Shown here: positions 10,334 through 22,098 of the stretch, in pieces
Layout of the letters: each line of letters starts with the position of its first letter
Position numbering within the stretch: the stretch's first letter is position 1
Assembly: GCA_965197745.1 (NCBI GenBank)
Contig: CBDANS010000005.1
Coordinates: forward strand, 128,001 to 192,000
DNA length: 64,000 bases
Direction of reading: 5' to 3'
Source: Opitutales bacterium
GTDB taxonomy: Bacteria > Verrucomicrobiota > Verrucomicrobiia > Opitutales > PNEW01
The notes under the pieces: model-generated
The model's database searches: none
What the model was told of the DNA's origin: nothing
What the model saw: only the letters and a program-made list of their open reading frames with translations
Program-made: the position numbers and the translations under genes

Positions 10334-10807
10334 ATGGCACTTGAAAAAGGACAAAAAGCACCCGATTTTACTCTAAAATCTAAATCCGCAGAGGGACTGG
10401 ATGATATCAAATTAAGCGACAACTTTGGGAAAAAGAATTCGGTGATCCTTTTCTTTCCGTTGGCTTTCACCGACGTATGTCGGGATGAGATGTGCTCGGT
10501 AAGTGAAGGTATCGGTGAATATGAATCTCTTGAAGCCAGCGTTTATGGCATAAGCGTCGACAGTCCTTTTTCGCAGGAAGGTTGGGCTCAGGTTAATAAA
10601 ATTACTATCCCTCTCCTCAGTGACTTTAATAAGGAAGTCTGCGCGGCATATGATGTAATGTATGAAGATCTTCTTGGTTTCAAAGGAGTGGCTAAACGAT
10701 CCGCCTTCGTTATAAATAAAGATGGCGATATTGTTTACAGTTGGTCGAGTGATGATCCCCATAACCTGCCGCCATTTGATGAAATAAAAGCTGCGCTAAG
10801 CGCTTGA
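10334..10807 (+). CDS. Peroxiredoxin (AhpC/TSA family)
   Basis: APDFTL, FFPLAFTDVCRDEMC (PxxxTxxC), GISVDSPF, LLSDFN, RSAFVI. Confidence 0.92.
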   Translation: MALEKGQKAPDFTLKSKSAEGLDDIKLSDNFGKKNSVILFFPLAFTDVCRDEMCSVSEGIGEYESLEASVYGISVDSPFSQEGWAQVNKITIPLLSDFNKEVCAAYDVMYEDLLGFKGVAKRSAFVINKDGDIVYSWSSDDPHNLPPFDEIKAALSA

Positions 10808-10895
10808 TCATATAGTTCTCTTTAATTTTTATTCGGCTCATCGCCGAGAACAATAAGTTGAACCATTCAATCTGATTATTCAGCACCGGTGATTG

Positions 10896-13631
10896 ATGAG
10901 TAGAACATTGCCTAACCCTTTTAACGTTTTAAAATCTTTTGATGGAGGGAAGGGTGGCAAGGGTTGTTTATATTCTATCCCCTCCCTGGAAGAAGCGGGA
11001 TTGGGTAATATATCAAGATTGCCGGTATCAATACGTATTGTCCTGGAATCCGTTTTGCGCAATTGCGATGGTGAAAACATTAAAGAAAAAGACGTTGAGT
11101 CATTGGCAAATTGGACTGCTTCCCAACCTGCTTTAGTTGAAATCCCCTTTACTGTTTCGCGTATCGTCTTACAGGATTTTACGGGAGTTCCGTTGCTCGT
11201 CGATCTCGCCGCCATGCGTGACGCGGTAAAGGCTTTAGGGAATGATCCTAACCTGATCGAACCATTAGTGCCTGTTGATCTTGTTATCGATCACTCCGTG
11301 CAGGTGGACCGTTCGGGTACTCCCCAGTCGTTTCTTGCCAACCTGCAGATTGAATTTGAAAGAAACCGGGAGCGATACCAGTTTTTAAAATGGGGTCAGC
11401 AAGCCTTTAAAACCTTCAGCGTTGTCCCTCCCTCAATCGGGATTGTTCACCAGGTCAACCTGGAATACCTGGCACGGCTCGTCTTTACCCGTGATACAGG
11501 TGATCAAACAGTGTATTTTCCAGATACACTGGTAGGGACCGACTCGCATACAACAATGATTAATGGCTTGGGAATTGTTGGATGGGGTGTAGGAGGAATT
11601 GAAGCAGAAGCCGGGATGCTTGGGCAACCGGTCTCGTTTCTCACTCCCGAAGTGATAGGCGTTCACCTGTCAGGAAAATTGAATGAGGGAGTTACTGCTA
11701 CGGATCTTACGCTGCGCATTACTGAATTGTTACGTGAGGAAAAAGTCGTCGGTAAATTTGTCGAATTTTTTGGTAGTGGGGCGAGTCAATTAACGGTCGC
11801 AGATCGGGCTACCATATCCAATATGGCACCGGAATACGGGGCCACGATCGGATTCTTTCCTGTTGACGATAAGACCCTGGATTACCTGCGCATGACCGGA
11901 CGCACCGATGAACATGTTGCTCTTGTAAAATCTTATTATGAAGCGCAGCAATTGTTTGGTATCCCCGAAACGGGGGAAATCGATTATACTAAAGTAATCG
12001 ATCTCAGCCTCGACTCCGTGATGCCCTGTGTCGCAGGACCGAAGCGTCCCCAGGATCGTATCGAATTGCCTCATTTAAAAGATACCTTTATAGATTTATT
12101 CACGCGAGATAGTGACAGTGGGGGGTTTGGGAGATCCCCTGAATCATTTTCCACGAAGGTGCCGGTCCACCTCAATGGCTCAAACAAGGGCGAAAGCGAA
12201 CCCGAGATCGGACATGGGACGGTATTGATCGCGGCTATAACAAGCTGCACGAACACGAGCAACCCCAACGTAATGATGGCTGCCGGCCTTCTGGCAAAAA
12301 AGGCCGTTGAGAGGGGAATGGGGGTAAATTCAACGGTTAAAACCAGCCTGGCTCCCGGATCTCGCGTGGTTACTGATTATCTCAATAAAACCGGATTGCA
12401 GGAATATCTCGACAAACTCGGTTTTAACCTTGTCGGCTATGGCTGCACCACTTGTATCGGCAACAGTGGTCCGCTCGACACACCCATTGACGCTGCGATA
12501 AAAGAGGGTGATCTTGTCGCAGCAAGCGTGCTTTCAGGAAATCGAAACTTTGAGGCGAGAATCCATTCCTCGATAAAAGCCAATTTTTTAATGTCACCTC
12601 CACTTGTCGTTGCCTACGCCCTGGCCGGTAGAATCGATATCGATCTTACGACCGAGGCGTTGGGCGAAGACAAGGACGGCAATCCGGTCTACTTAAAAGA
12701 TCTTTGGCCAACCCAGGAAGAGATCCAGGATCAAATCACGCTAGGCCTCAATCCGGATATGTTTAAAGAAAAATACGCGCACGTCCTTGATGCTAATCCC
12801 CAGTGGGACGAAATTGAAGTGACGGGCAGTACCCTTTATGGGTGGGACAGTGACAGCACCTATATACAACTACCCCCATTTTTTAAAAATTTTGGATTGG
12901 AACCAGGGAAGATCGAATCGTTCAGCGCTATGCGCCCACTGGCACTATTAGGAGATTCTGTTACCACCGATCATATTTCACCTGCGGGCGCCATCGGGAA
13001 AGATAGTCCTGCCGGTCAGCACCTCATCGCCCAAGGGGTTGAACCCACGCAGTTCAACTCCTTCGGCTCCCGCCGGGGCAATGATCGGGTAATGACTCGT
13101 GGTACTTTTGGCAATGTTCGCATCAGGAATTTTATGGCAGAAGGAAGGGAAGGTGGATTCACAAAACTCTTACCCGAGGGTGACATCATGCCCATCTATG
13201 ATGCCTGCCAAGTTTATGCTCAAAGAAATACCCCCTTGATTGTATTTGCGGGCAACGATTACGGCATGGGCAGTTCTCGTGACTGGGCGGCGAAGGGTGC
13301 GCGCCTGCTTGGAGTGAAGGTCGTTGTTGCCAGCAGTTTTGAACGTATACACCGAAGTAACCTTATCGGCATGGGCGTTCTCCCGCTGCAATTTAAAGAA
13401 AGCGATAATATTTCGAGCCTCAATCTTCAAGGTACTGAAACATTCTCTATTCTCGATCTCGACGACGACCTGCAGCCCAGCCAGGATCTCTCTCTTCAAA
13501 TCAGCCGTGAGGACAACACCGTTGATACGATTAAGGTCATTGTTCGTATTGAAACCCCTGGGGAAATCGAATATTATCGACACGGAGGCATTCTTCAATA
13601 TGTTTTAAGAAGCATTATTCAGTCGCCCTAA
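10896..13631 (+). CDS. acnA: Aconitate hydratase A
   Basis: [61 protein letters not shown]. Confidence 0.97.
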   Translation: MSRTLPNPFNVLKSFDGGKGGKGCLYSIPSLEEAGLGNISRLPVSIRIVLESVLRNCDGENIKEKDVESLANWTASQPALVEIPFTVSRIVLQDFTGVPLLVDLAAMRDAVKALGNDPNLIEPLVPVDLVIDHSVQVDRSGTPQSFLANLQIEFERNRERYQFLKWGQQAFKTFSVVPPSIGIVHQVNLEYLARLVFTRDTGDQTVYFPDTLVGTDSHTTMINGLGIVGWGVGGIEAEAGMLGQPVSFLTPEVIGVHLSGKLNEGVTATDLTLRITELLREEKVVGKFVEFFGSGASQLTVADRATISNMAPEYGATIGFFPVDDKTLDYLRMTGRTDEHVALVKSYYEAQQLFGIPETGEIDYTKVIDLSLDSVMPCVAGPKRPQDRIELPHLKDTFIDLFTRDSDSGGFGRSPESFSTKVPVHLNGSNKGESEPEIGHGTVLIAAITSCTNTSNPNVMMAAGLLAKKAVERGMGVNSTVKTSLAPGSRVVTDYLNKTGLQEYLDKLGFNLVGYGCTTCIGNSGPLDTPIDAAIKEGDLVAASVLSGNRNFEARIHSSIKANFLMSPPLVVAYALAGRIDIDLTTEALGEDKDGNPVYLKDLWPTQEEIQDQITLGLNPDMFKEKYAHVLDANPQWDEIEVTGSTLYGWDSDSTYIQLPPFFKNFGLEPGKIESFSAMRPLALLGDSVTTDHISPAGAIGKDSPAGQHLIAQGVEPTQFNSFGSRRGNDRVMTRGTFGNVRIRNFMAEGREGGFTKLLPEGDIMPIYDACQVYAQRNTPLIVFAGNDYGMGSSRDWAAKGARLLGVKVVVASSFERIHRSNLIGMGVLPLQFKESDNISSLNLQGTETFSILDLDDDLQPSQDLSLQISREDNTVDTIKVIVRIETPGEIEYYRHGGILQYVLRSIIQSP

Positions 13632-13648
13632 AGGTACCCCCATATAAA

Positions 13649-14152
13649 ATGGCTGAAAATTCTGAGCCAGTATTCTTAGTAAGCGCTTACTCTGAACCCG
13701 TGGTTTTAAAAATAGCGGGACGTGTCAGTTACCTCAACTCGGCCCCGGTGAGTGATTTTTTCAACCGAATGGCGAAACTTGGGAAACATAATTTCATACT
13801 TGATTTTGCCGACTGCACAACGATGGACAGCACATTTCTCGGGATAATAGCCGGCGCAACGTTAAGGGTGTTGAAAGAAGATCCTCCAGGCAGTTTTGTC
13901 CTTTGTCGATTAGGGACCCGCAATCTCGAACTCGTGCGTAATTTGGGGCTTCATCGAATAGCCACCGTGGATGCGTGTGACTTTCCCATGGAATTCGATT
14001 CTCCTGAGCAAAGCCTCAACGCCAGCAATGACGGTAAAATTGAAAACGCAAAATTAGTTCTCCAGGCGCACGAGAATCTCATCGAGATCGACGAAAAAAA
14101 CAAATCCCGTTTTCAGGATGTTGTTGCCTATTTAAAAAACCAGGTTGATTAG
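13649..14152 (+). CDS. STAS-domain anti-sigma-factor antagonist
   Basis: ILDFADCTTMDSTFLG with the conserved phospho-Ser; lies upstream of a PP2C phosphatase. Confidence 0.88.
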   Translation: MAENSEPVFLVSAYSEPVVLKIAGRVSYLNSAPVSDFFNRMAKLGKHNFILDFADCTTMDSTFLGIIAGATLRVLKEDPPGSFVLCRLGTRNLELVRNLGLHRIATVDACDFPMEFDSPEQSLNASNDGKIENAKLVLQAHENLIEIDEKNKSRFQDVVAYLKNQVD

Positions 14153-14176
14153 CCCTCAATCCCTTTATAAGGGTAT

Positions 14177-15619
14177 ATGATGATACCGTTTTTGCTGGGT
14201 TTAATAATTGGAGGAATCATCGGCTGGTTTTTCTACTCTGTAGCCCGCAGCAACTATTTGCGCGTGGACGAAGAAAAGCAACGTCTCGCTCAGGAAAAAC
14301 AGATTGTTCTCGATTTTATGCATAATATGGTGGAGGCAATCGGGGAAGGTGTTACCCGAGATGAACTCTATCAGCGCATATTGCACACCGCTATATTAAG
14401 CACGGGTGCACTTAGCGCCTGTGTGTTTGAGAAAACGGAAGACAATAAATTGCGTGGCGTAGCGGTTGAGGGACTGTTCCCTCCACAGCGTCCTCTCCCT
14501 GCAAGTTCGAAAGTTAAAATTTCAACCCGCGCAAAATTTATCGAGCAGGTTTTACGTTCAGAACAATTCGAAATGGGTGAGGGGTTGATCGGCGCGGTAG
14601 CGGAGAGCGGTAAGGGTGAATTTATTCCAGATGCGTCGAGAGATCATCGCGTGATTACTCACGATGATCCGTCGCTAATCATCCAGTCGCTTATTCTTAC
14701 CCCCATTCTTTGCGAAGATGATATTATGGGTGTCCTCGTAGTGGCGAATCGTGCGGATGGGCTTTCATTTAGTGAAATGGATTTCTCTCTTGTTGTCTCC
14801 CTTGCTGAACAATCCGGACTCGCCATACACAATGCCGATCTGATGAATCTTCAATTGGAAAAGAACAAGCTCGATATGGACATTTCACTGGCAAGCGGTA
14901 TTCAGAGTATGCTTTTACCGAAGACATATCCACAAATAGCGGAGCTGGATCTCGACGCGCGATATTTACCGGCACAAAAAGTGGGAGGCGATTTTTATGA
15001 TATTTTTCAACTAAGTAAAAGCAGAATTGGAGTGGCTATTGCTGACGCCTCGGGGAAGGGAATTCCGGCGTCATTATTGATGGCCATTTGTCAAAGCAAG
15101 TTGCGCCATTTCGCGCGGCAATATGATTCTCCCTCGCGTGTGCTTTCAGAAATAAATCGTGATATGACTGAAGATATCCGCGAAGACATGTTTGTGACAA
15201 TACTGTATGCAATCATCGATACCGATAAAGATGAAATAATTCTTGCCCGTGCCGGCCACGAGTTACCCATTCACTGCCATCGTGACGTGGAGGAGGGTTT
15301 GTTTAAAACGACGATGATTGGGTCCGAGGGCATGGCCCTGGGCATGGTTCCATCGGAATTGTTTCAGTCCGTTATCGTTGATAAAAAAGTGCCCTTTGTC
15401 CGTGATGATATTTTTCTTTTTTACACCGATGGCGTAACCGAAACTGCGAATTGGGATGGAACCGAGTATTCATCGCCGCGACTTGCCGATACGCTTAAAA
15501 CCCTGCATGGGCGGCCAGCGGATGAGCTTAATCAGGGGATTCTTGATAGTTTAACACGGTTTTCAGGTGTGGTGGGACAGGGAGATGACATAACATTGGT
15601 GACGGTTAAACACCGTTAG
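14177..15619 (+). CDS. SpoIIE/RsbU-type PP2C phosphatase with N-terminal TM segment and GAF domain
   Basis: GEGLIGAVA...GVLVVANR (GAF); VGGDFYD, IADASGKG, RAGH, YTDGVTE, DDITL. Confidence 0.92.
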   Translation: MMIPFLLGLIIGGIIGWFFYSVARSNYLRVDEEKQRLAQEKQIVLDFMHNMVEAIGEGVTRDELYQRILHTAILSTGALSACVFEKTEDNKLRGVAVEGLFPPQRPLPASSKVKISTRAKFIEQVLRSEQFEMGEGLIGAVAESGKGEFIPDASRDHRVITHDDPSLIIQSLILTPILCEDDIMGVLVVANRADGLSFSEMDFSLVVSLAEQSGLAIHNADLMNLQLEKNKLDMDISLASGIQSMLLPKTYPQIAELDLDARYLPAQKVGGDFYDIFQLSKSRIGVAIADASGKGIPASLLMAICQSKLRHFARQYDSPSRVLSEINRDMTEDIREDMFVTILYAIIDTDKDEIILARAGHELPIHCHRDVEEGLFKTTMIGSEGMALGMVPSELFQSVIVDKKVPFVRDDIFLFYTDGVTETANWDGTEYSSPRLADTLKTLHGRPADELNQGILDSLTRFSGVVGQGDDITLVTVKHR

Positions 15620-15795
15620 TTTTATTCTTCGGAGTGAGATTAACTACAATGATTAGTGATCATTATTTTTTGCCATAAGCATCCTTCAATTACTACTTGA
15701 TCAAATCAGGTATTATGAGAAAATCGGATTTGATTCGTTCATTGAATTATAAGCGACGGGAGTGAACGAGCAATTTTAGAACGCGAATTTTAATC

Positions 15796-17034
15796 ATGCA
15801 AACAGCATCCGATATCGAAAAAATATCTCGTTATTCACTACCGGACAAAGATGGGCATTTTGGTCCTTACGGTGGAATGTACATACCGGAAACATTGATG
15901 ACTTCTTTATATTCATTGCAAGATGCTTATAAAGAAGCGCGTAAGGATGCAGCGTATGTGAACGAATTGGAATTTTATTTAAGTAATTATGGCGGCCGTC
16001 CTACACCTCTGTATTATGCTGATCGATTGAGCAGGGAGCTGGGCGGGGCGAAAATCTATTTGAAGCGTGAGGATTTATTGCACACCGGTGCCCACAAGAT
16101 GAATAATGTTCTCGGCCAGATATTGCTTGCTCGCCGCATGGGCAAGAAGCGCATAATCGCGGAGACCGGAGCCGGTCAGCACGGAGTCGCGACCGCGGCA
16201 GCCTGCGCCAAATTTGGTCTGGAGTGCGTCATTTATATGGGTGCTGTAGATATGGAGCGTCAGGCCCTCAATGTATTCCGCATGCACCTTTGCGGAGCCG
16301 AGGTCCGGGCGGTCGATGCTGGTCAGAAAACGCTTAAGGAAGCTATAAACGAGGCGATTCGCGATTGGGTGACGAATGTGCGCACATCGCACTATTTGTT
16401 GGGATCTGTCCTTGGCCCCCATCCCTATCCGATGATGGTTCGTGATTTTAACAGTGTTATCGGAAAGGAAACGCGGGAGCAGATTATGAAATTAGAGGGT
16501 CGTCTGCCCGATGAAATGGTGGCCTGTGTCGGCGGTGGGAGTAATGCCATCGGTTTCTTTTTCGATTTTCTTGAGGAAGAAACGATAAGGTTAACCGGGG
16601 TTGAAGCCGGGGGGCGAAGCGTGAAAATTGGCGATCACGCGGCGCGTTTTGAGGGCGGTAAAGTGGGGGTCCTTCATGGGTGTAAAACTTATATCTTGCA
16701 AGATCCCGATGGGCAAATTGAATTAACCCATTCCATTTCCGCAGGTTTGGATTACGCGGCTATCGGTCCGGAACATGCCTTTTATCATGATCGCGGACGG
16801 ATAGATTATGGTTATGCGAACGACGAGGATGTGCTTAAGGCCTTCCAGCAGCTCTCGCAGTGCGAAGGCATCATCCCGGCTCTTGAATCAACCCATGCCG
16901 TTGCTTATGCCATAAAACGCGCACCCCAATTGAGCTCGGAAAAAATAATGATAATTAATTTGAGCGGGAGAGGGGACAAAGATGTGGACCACGCGAAGGA
17001 ATATATTTTAGGCCCGAAAAAAGGAGAGTCATGA
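15796..17034 (+). CDS. trpB: Tryptophan synthase beta chain
   Basis: [43 protein letters not shown]. Confidence 0.98.
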   Translation: MQTASDIEKISRYSLPDKDGHFGPYGGMYIPETLMTSLYSLQDAYKEARKDAAYVNELEFYLSNYGGRPTPLYYADRLSRELGGAKIYLKREDLLHTGAHKMNNVLGQILLARRMGKKRIIAETGAGQHGVATAAACAKFGLECVIYMGAVDMERQALNVFRMHLCGAEVRAVDAGQKTLKEAINEAIRDWVTNVRTSHYLLGSVLGPHPYPMMVRDFNSVIGKETREQIMKLEGRLPDEMVACVGGGSNAIGFFFDFLEEETIRLTGVEAGGRSVKIGDHAARFEGGKVGVLHGCKTYILQDPDGQIELTHSISAGLDYAAIGPEHAFYHDRGRIDYGYANDEDVLKAFQQLSQCEGIIPALESTHAVAYAIKRAPQLSSEKIMIINLSGRGDKDVDHAKEYILGPKKGES

Positions 17035-17903
17035 ACAGTATGACCGGCTTTGGTCGTGGGAACGCGACTGGCGATCAACTGGAAATTGTCGTTGAACTTA
17101 CTTCATTGAACAGGCGGAACTTCGAGTTATCATCTACATTCCCAAAAGAGTGGCAGAGCCTGGAATACAAACTCTCGCAACGGATTCGTCAAACGATCAA
17201 ACGGGGGAGAGTAAACGCAGTGGTCCAAGTGCAGCATTTTCCGGCAGGGAATGCCTTGTCATGGGATGAAGATGCGGTGAAGGCGACCTTAATCAAGATG
17301 GAAAAATTGGCCGGTAAAACGAGAGTGTCATTTAAACGTGATGCCCGACTTCTTTTTGATGTCACCCGCTCTCACCTTGTGAGAACGGAACTCCCCTCGA
17401 CCGAGGAGGCTTGGACCCTCATTGAAAAAGCTTTGTCCGAAGCATTAGATAAGCTCAGTGCCATGCGACGTGATGAAGGGGTTACCCTCGCCAAAGATTT
17501 AAAGACCCGAATTGATATTATTGCAACCTTGGTGAACGAAATTCGCAGTGAATCGAGCAAGGTAGTACCAAAATATCGCGAGACCCTCATGCAGCGATTA
17601 AGCCAGGCAGGACTTGAATTAGAGATCAACGATGAACGTGTGCTTAAGGAAATTGCACTGGCCGCCGATCGCTGTGATATCTCAGAGGAAATCACCCGTC
17701 TCAGTAGTCATTTGGAACAGTTTCAAACGTGCTTGCACGATGAAGAATTAATTGGGCGAAAACTGGAATTTATTCTCCAGGAGATCAACCGCGAAATCAA
17801 TACTGTCGCCAGTAAAGCAAACCATATAGAAATTATTAATCGCGTATTAAATTGTAAAAACGAGATTGAGCGCATACGCGAACAGGTCCAGAATGTGGAG
17901 TAA
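17031..17903 (+). CDS. yicC: YicC/YloC family endoribonuclease
   Basis: SMTGFGR start, [35 protein letters not shown] end. Confidence 0.93.
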   Translation: MNSMTGFGRGNATGDQLEIVVELTSLNRRNFELSSTFPKEWQSLEYKLSQRIRQTIKRGRVNAVVQVQHFPAGNALSWDEDAVKATLIKMEKLAGKTRVSFKRDARLLFDVTRSHLVRTELPSTEEAWTLIEKALSEALDKLSAMRRDEGVTLAKDLKTRIDIIATLVNEIRSESSKVVPKYRETLMQRLSQAGLELEINDERVLKEIALAADRCDISEEITRLSSHLEQFQTCLHDEELIGRKLEFILQEINREINTVASKANHIEIINRVLNCKNEIERIREQVQNVE

Positions 17904-17960
17904 CACACCGCTGGTGCCATGAAATAATATTAATCTTTGTCTAGGAACTAATAGCCATCA

Positions 17961-17990
17961 GCTGTCGTCCCGCGGTGGCGGGACTATGGC
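17961..17990. repeat. REP-like palindromic repeat, copy 1
   Basis: gctgtcgtcccgc-ggtg-gcgggactatggc, nearly identical to 40037-40066. Confidence 0.7.
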
Positions 17991-18171
17991 CGACAGGCAA
18001 GAGGCACAAGAAGCACAAAAAAAAGATTTTGAGTAAAATATTCCTATCTCAATTTATCAGAATATTTTAGACGAAGACGAAGATAATTAAAAATCTTCAA
18101 GTCCTCTGCCTGCGCAATGGGATCCCCACCGGTCTCTCGAAGCCGGGCAGGGAATAATCAATTAACAACGC

Positions 18172-18852
18172 TTAACGAACTTTACCGACCAGGGCGGTTT
18201 TAAAAAATAAGGCTTCGAAGCTTTTTCGCGCGACATTATCAACGATTTTCTCGGGTCCGTAGATCCCTCAGACAAGCAGGTAATCCCCGACGAGTAAAAA
18301 GTACTCATAATGTTTGGTTTTATTACCATTTCCCGGGTCGGTGATTGTGTAATTAACCACGCGATTGAGCTTACTCAAAGGCCATGTATACTGAACTTTG
18401 GGCCGGTAATTCCCGTCATCATTTAGAATCTCAATTGAGTTTCTGTGTCTTAACTTCAGGCCTTCGATATACCCTTTAATATGTTCGGGCCCGATGTTAG
18501 GCATGAAATCTTTTTTTGAATAGAGGCTTATGAAGAATGTCGTCTGGGGATTGCCTCGAAAATAATAGCTGATCGAGGTATCGGGATCTTTCTTCCGGGA
18601 CCAACCTGTGGGGGTCTTCATTTCTATATTAAAGTAGGGTGAAGTGATAAAATACCGCTTAATGATATCTCCATCCGCGTCAAAACTACGGACTTTAACA
18701 TCGAAGGTGGCCATCGGTCTACCGGGTTTCTGGTAAATCGGGCCTTCGTACTTAGGCTCTTTAGGCTGAGCTTGTGCTATGGTTGAAATCAGAAAAAGCA
18801 CGGCTCCGAAAAGAAGAACTTTTATCAGCTTTTCGCGTATTACTGGTCTCAT
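18172..18852 (-). pseudogene. Secreted hypothetical protein with an apparent in-frame TGA at 18268-18270
   Basis: Signal peptide ending AQA-Q. After ..GDYLLV* the frame continues GIYGPEKIVDNVARKSFEALFFKTALVGKVR to TAA at 18172. Confidence 0.5.
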
Positions 18853-18950
18853 CTTACCGAGTATTATCTCAGTTTAAATACTCATATGTCAATAATGGAT
18901 AAGGGTATAAGTGATTGATTATTTTTCCCTTAACAAGCGGGTACAGAATT

Positions 18951-19000
18951 AAGGGCCAGGATAAGAGAGCAAGTTCTACAGCCCTCTCGTCCCGGCCCTT
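18951..19000 (-). terminator. 20-bp stem-loop downstream of the pilX-like gene
   Basis: Minus strand aagggccgggacgagagggc-10 nt-gctctcttatcctggccctt. 19 of 20 positions pair, including three G-U pairs that form only on the minus strand. Confidence 0.7.
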
Positions 19001-19023
19001 TTTTAAATGTTAATCGTTGTCGT

Positions 19024-21399
19024 TTAAAACAGATTAGCTATCGCCGTATCGTATTCATCCTTGGTCAGGTCTTTAAATGCCGTGCGACGGAAGGTGCGGA
19101 CAATAGGGGCTCCGGGCGGATAACGTCCTTCAGCGAAGTTTCGGTTAAAGCCAAAGTCACGTGAAGGCCACCGGTAATAGCTGGTATAATTGGTGGGCCG
19201 TGGCTGCGGGTGCACCTCGCTTTGAAAGAGAGAGACGAGGGAACCACGGATGGTCATGGTCCCACCACTCCACCACTCGATCATACGCGGGTAATTATGA
19301 AGTCCCCCACTAGTTGTACCATCATAGTTAACGGACCAGTCGGGATAGGTGGGTGCGAGACCGGTTATAAGAGCAGCGGATATTTCTATGTATGTTGCAC
19401 CAGAAGCACTCTTTGCCGGGCGAGTTGAGGAAGACACATTATCATCACTACGTCTTACGTTTTTTCTATAGTCATAAGAAAGGATGGTCATCGCGTCACC
19501 AGCGAGGAGCGCCGGAGGTTCATCAGAAGGGGTGGCATCGTCCGGTTCCGTTGAATCGTTAGTATGGGCCACACCGTTTGCATTGAAAGACCCCCTGACA
19601 TAAAGCGGTGAATTGGTCGCGAGGTTCATCCCTCTCTCCTCGATAAAAGCTGCTGAAGCGGCACTATCCTTTTTCGGGTCGGGAATTTCATTGGCATTGA
19701 TCGTTTGCAGTACCACTTGAGGATCGGAAGCAATAACAAGCTGGTCAGCATGGTTACGGTTTGCGGCAGCAGCAGCAGCGGCATTAGAAGTATGGGGGAA
19801 TTGAACATAAACCACCCCGTTCCACCACTTGGCGGGTGTAGCCGTATCATCGGCCGTAGCCCAATCATCCGCGTCGTTGTCTTCGATCGCATCTTTGAGC
19901 CCACCGGTGCCGACATTGAGGCTGATTACATCGAGGGCGCCAAACCCCAGTGCTGTCCACTCGTTGATCGAACATACCGCCTTTTACGTCACCACCGCTA
20001 TAGGAATACCCATCAACATGGTTGACCACTGGGTCGCTGGCATCTTTAAGAGGGTCAATGGTATCAGGAGAGGTCATATTGGGATTATCCCATAATATGC
20101 CACCGATTACATTGGGCGGGATCTTCGTAAAGTAAACTTTTTGAGGATCGCCGTTGCCGTCAAAATCGAGATCGCTGGTCGGATCATCATCATCAACGCG
20201 CTTCCACCGATAAGCTTTGATATCATAATCGGCGGGAGTCGAAGTGGCGTCGACACGCGGGGTGCCCGTAATTTCAAATGTCAATCCTGCTTTAAAAGAA
20301 AATTTTTGCGCGCGCACATTATCACTTTTATAATCAGGGTCTGCTTTAAGAAGGACCGGTTCAATAATGGAGTAAGCATAATTTTCTGTTTCGTTACCGT
20401 CAGGATCATTTTTGTCAGTTGAAGGGTTATCAGGAACATAAGGCATGACTTCCAGTGGATTGAGGGTTGGCACACCATGCGCTTCGTCCTGGGCGTTGCC
20501 GTCCCAGGTCTGGTCGGCGAGCGCTGACCAATCGGGATCGCGGTTGTCCAGCCAGGATTCATCCGCGGAGGTAGGCCCTCCTTCATACATGCTTACAAAA
20601 TTACCACTGCCGTCTTTAATATTCACGTCGCCGGTATAGCCGTGGAGACCGGTTTGCTTATAGCCGTGCAGGATTTTTCCCCCGGCCGTGACCGTATTGT
20701 GCAGGTTAAGCGGTTTACCCGGTTTTGCCTGCGCCCAGATGTCGGTGTTGCTATGAATAGGACCACTGATATCCATCGACGAACCGGAGTGCATTTCGAG
20801 GTCCATATTGTAGAAAACGGCGTGACTGAGTAAGGGAGCATCGCGCACTTGAAGCGTCTGTGTGGTGTAGGCACTTACATTTTTACCTATAGAGGGTAGG
20901 CCACTGCTTTCCCATAAATTGTTACTTCCTGCACGCGACAGAGTTTACCTTTTAAGGGATCAAATTCATTGACCGGATCATTGGGATCGACATAAACACC
21001 GGGTGGCAGGGGGAATTCAATAACCTGCCCTCCATATATTTCCCCAGCGGCTGTATCGATAGTGGTGCCCGCATATAAAGCCGCAAACGAGTAATCGGCC
21101 AGATCCAGTGGATTTGCTTGAAGATAATTGATGGGCAGGGAAGAAGAGGTGGTAAACTTTTTTACCATTTCAGCGAAGCCATATTCGACGAGCGCTTCGG
21201 ACGCGTTTTTGGCTTCATTCCGCATGATGTGTCTTTTGTTTATCGTCTTTTCGGTAAGACCCCATTTCAAAGTGACCCCGATAACGATAAAAAATGCCAC
21301 GCCTATGATAAGGACGCTTACCAAGGCCGAACCTTTTTTAGGTATAAAGGATTTCGGTCTGTTATTAATCAATGTAGTAGTTGTATTATTATTATTCAT
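19024..21399 (-). pseudogene. Large PilX-like minor pilin/tip protein (~790 aa) with two frameshifts
   Basis: N-terminus KKG/SALVSVLIIG (PilX-like, no Glu5). Frames join as ..AVAYP | IGKNVSAYTTQTLQVRDAPL (near 20895) and ..VDSTG | FGALDVISLNVG...WWNGVVYVQ (near 19946). C-terminal TNSPLYVRGSFN, GGLHNYPRMIEWW, RDFGFN. Confidence 0.75.
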
Positions 21400-21405
21400 T
21401 ATATT

Positions 21406-22086
21406 TTATCCTCTTGGTGAGATAGTAAAGTTATATGTATCGGTGACTCGTTTGGCATCGTTACCATGATAAATCTGTCCGTTTACCATAATGCTGCGTT
21501 CTCTAAAATTGTAAAAGAGCCGTTCGTTGGCCAAGCCTTCTGAAAGCTCGACGATTGTTTCGTGAGTACCTACGGTTGAGATAGCGGGTATCAATTCTTC
21601 GATTTCTTTGTTTTGATCCGCGCCGGTAATGGTCTCGTCAAATTTCCGGATGGGGCCGGTATTGGCAACGGGATCATCGATGGAACGATAATAGCCAACG
21701 ACCCTTATAATAGGCGGTGAAGTCGTGTCCCAGGGCGCGGGATCAACGCCATAAAATATAAAAACGACGCAATCACCGGCTTCGGCGTCACGCTATCGAT
21801 AATCGGCCCCTGTTGTCGGCGCTGTGGGGTTACGAAAATCGTCATAGAAACTGTCATACATCGTAAAATGATTGGCGCTTCTGGCGTTATCGGTCATTTC
21901 ATTTGTAATTCCCCGGATATCACGATTGATCAGCAGCTTTTGGGTGTTGGCAAAAAGCATCGTATTAGTCTGGAAGAAGAAGCTGGAAACGCCGGCCATG
22001 ACCATTGCGAAAATAGTCATGGTGATAAGAATTTCAGCTAAGGTGAAGCCTTCGTCCAATGAAGAAGTGGTAATTTTTAGTTTCAT
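21406..22086 (-). pseudogene. PilW-like prepilin with an in-frame TAG at 21793-21795
   Basis: G/FTLAEIL prepilin motif. The frame continues past TAG as RDAEAGDCVVFIFYG... into ORF 21406-21594 (..YNFTISPRG). Confidence 0.8.
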
Positions 22087-22098
22087 AAATATTGCCTG

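Noticed and set aside
4517..21795. Stop-codon reassignment or Sec/Pyl recoding as the cause of the in-frame stops
   Set aside because: The three internal stops are three different codons, and all three codons terminate intact genes normally in this window.
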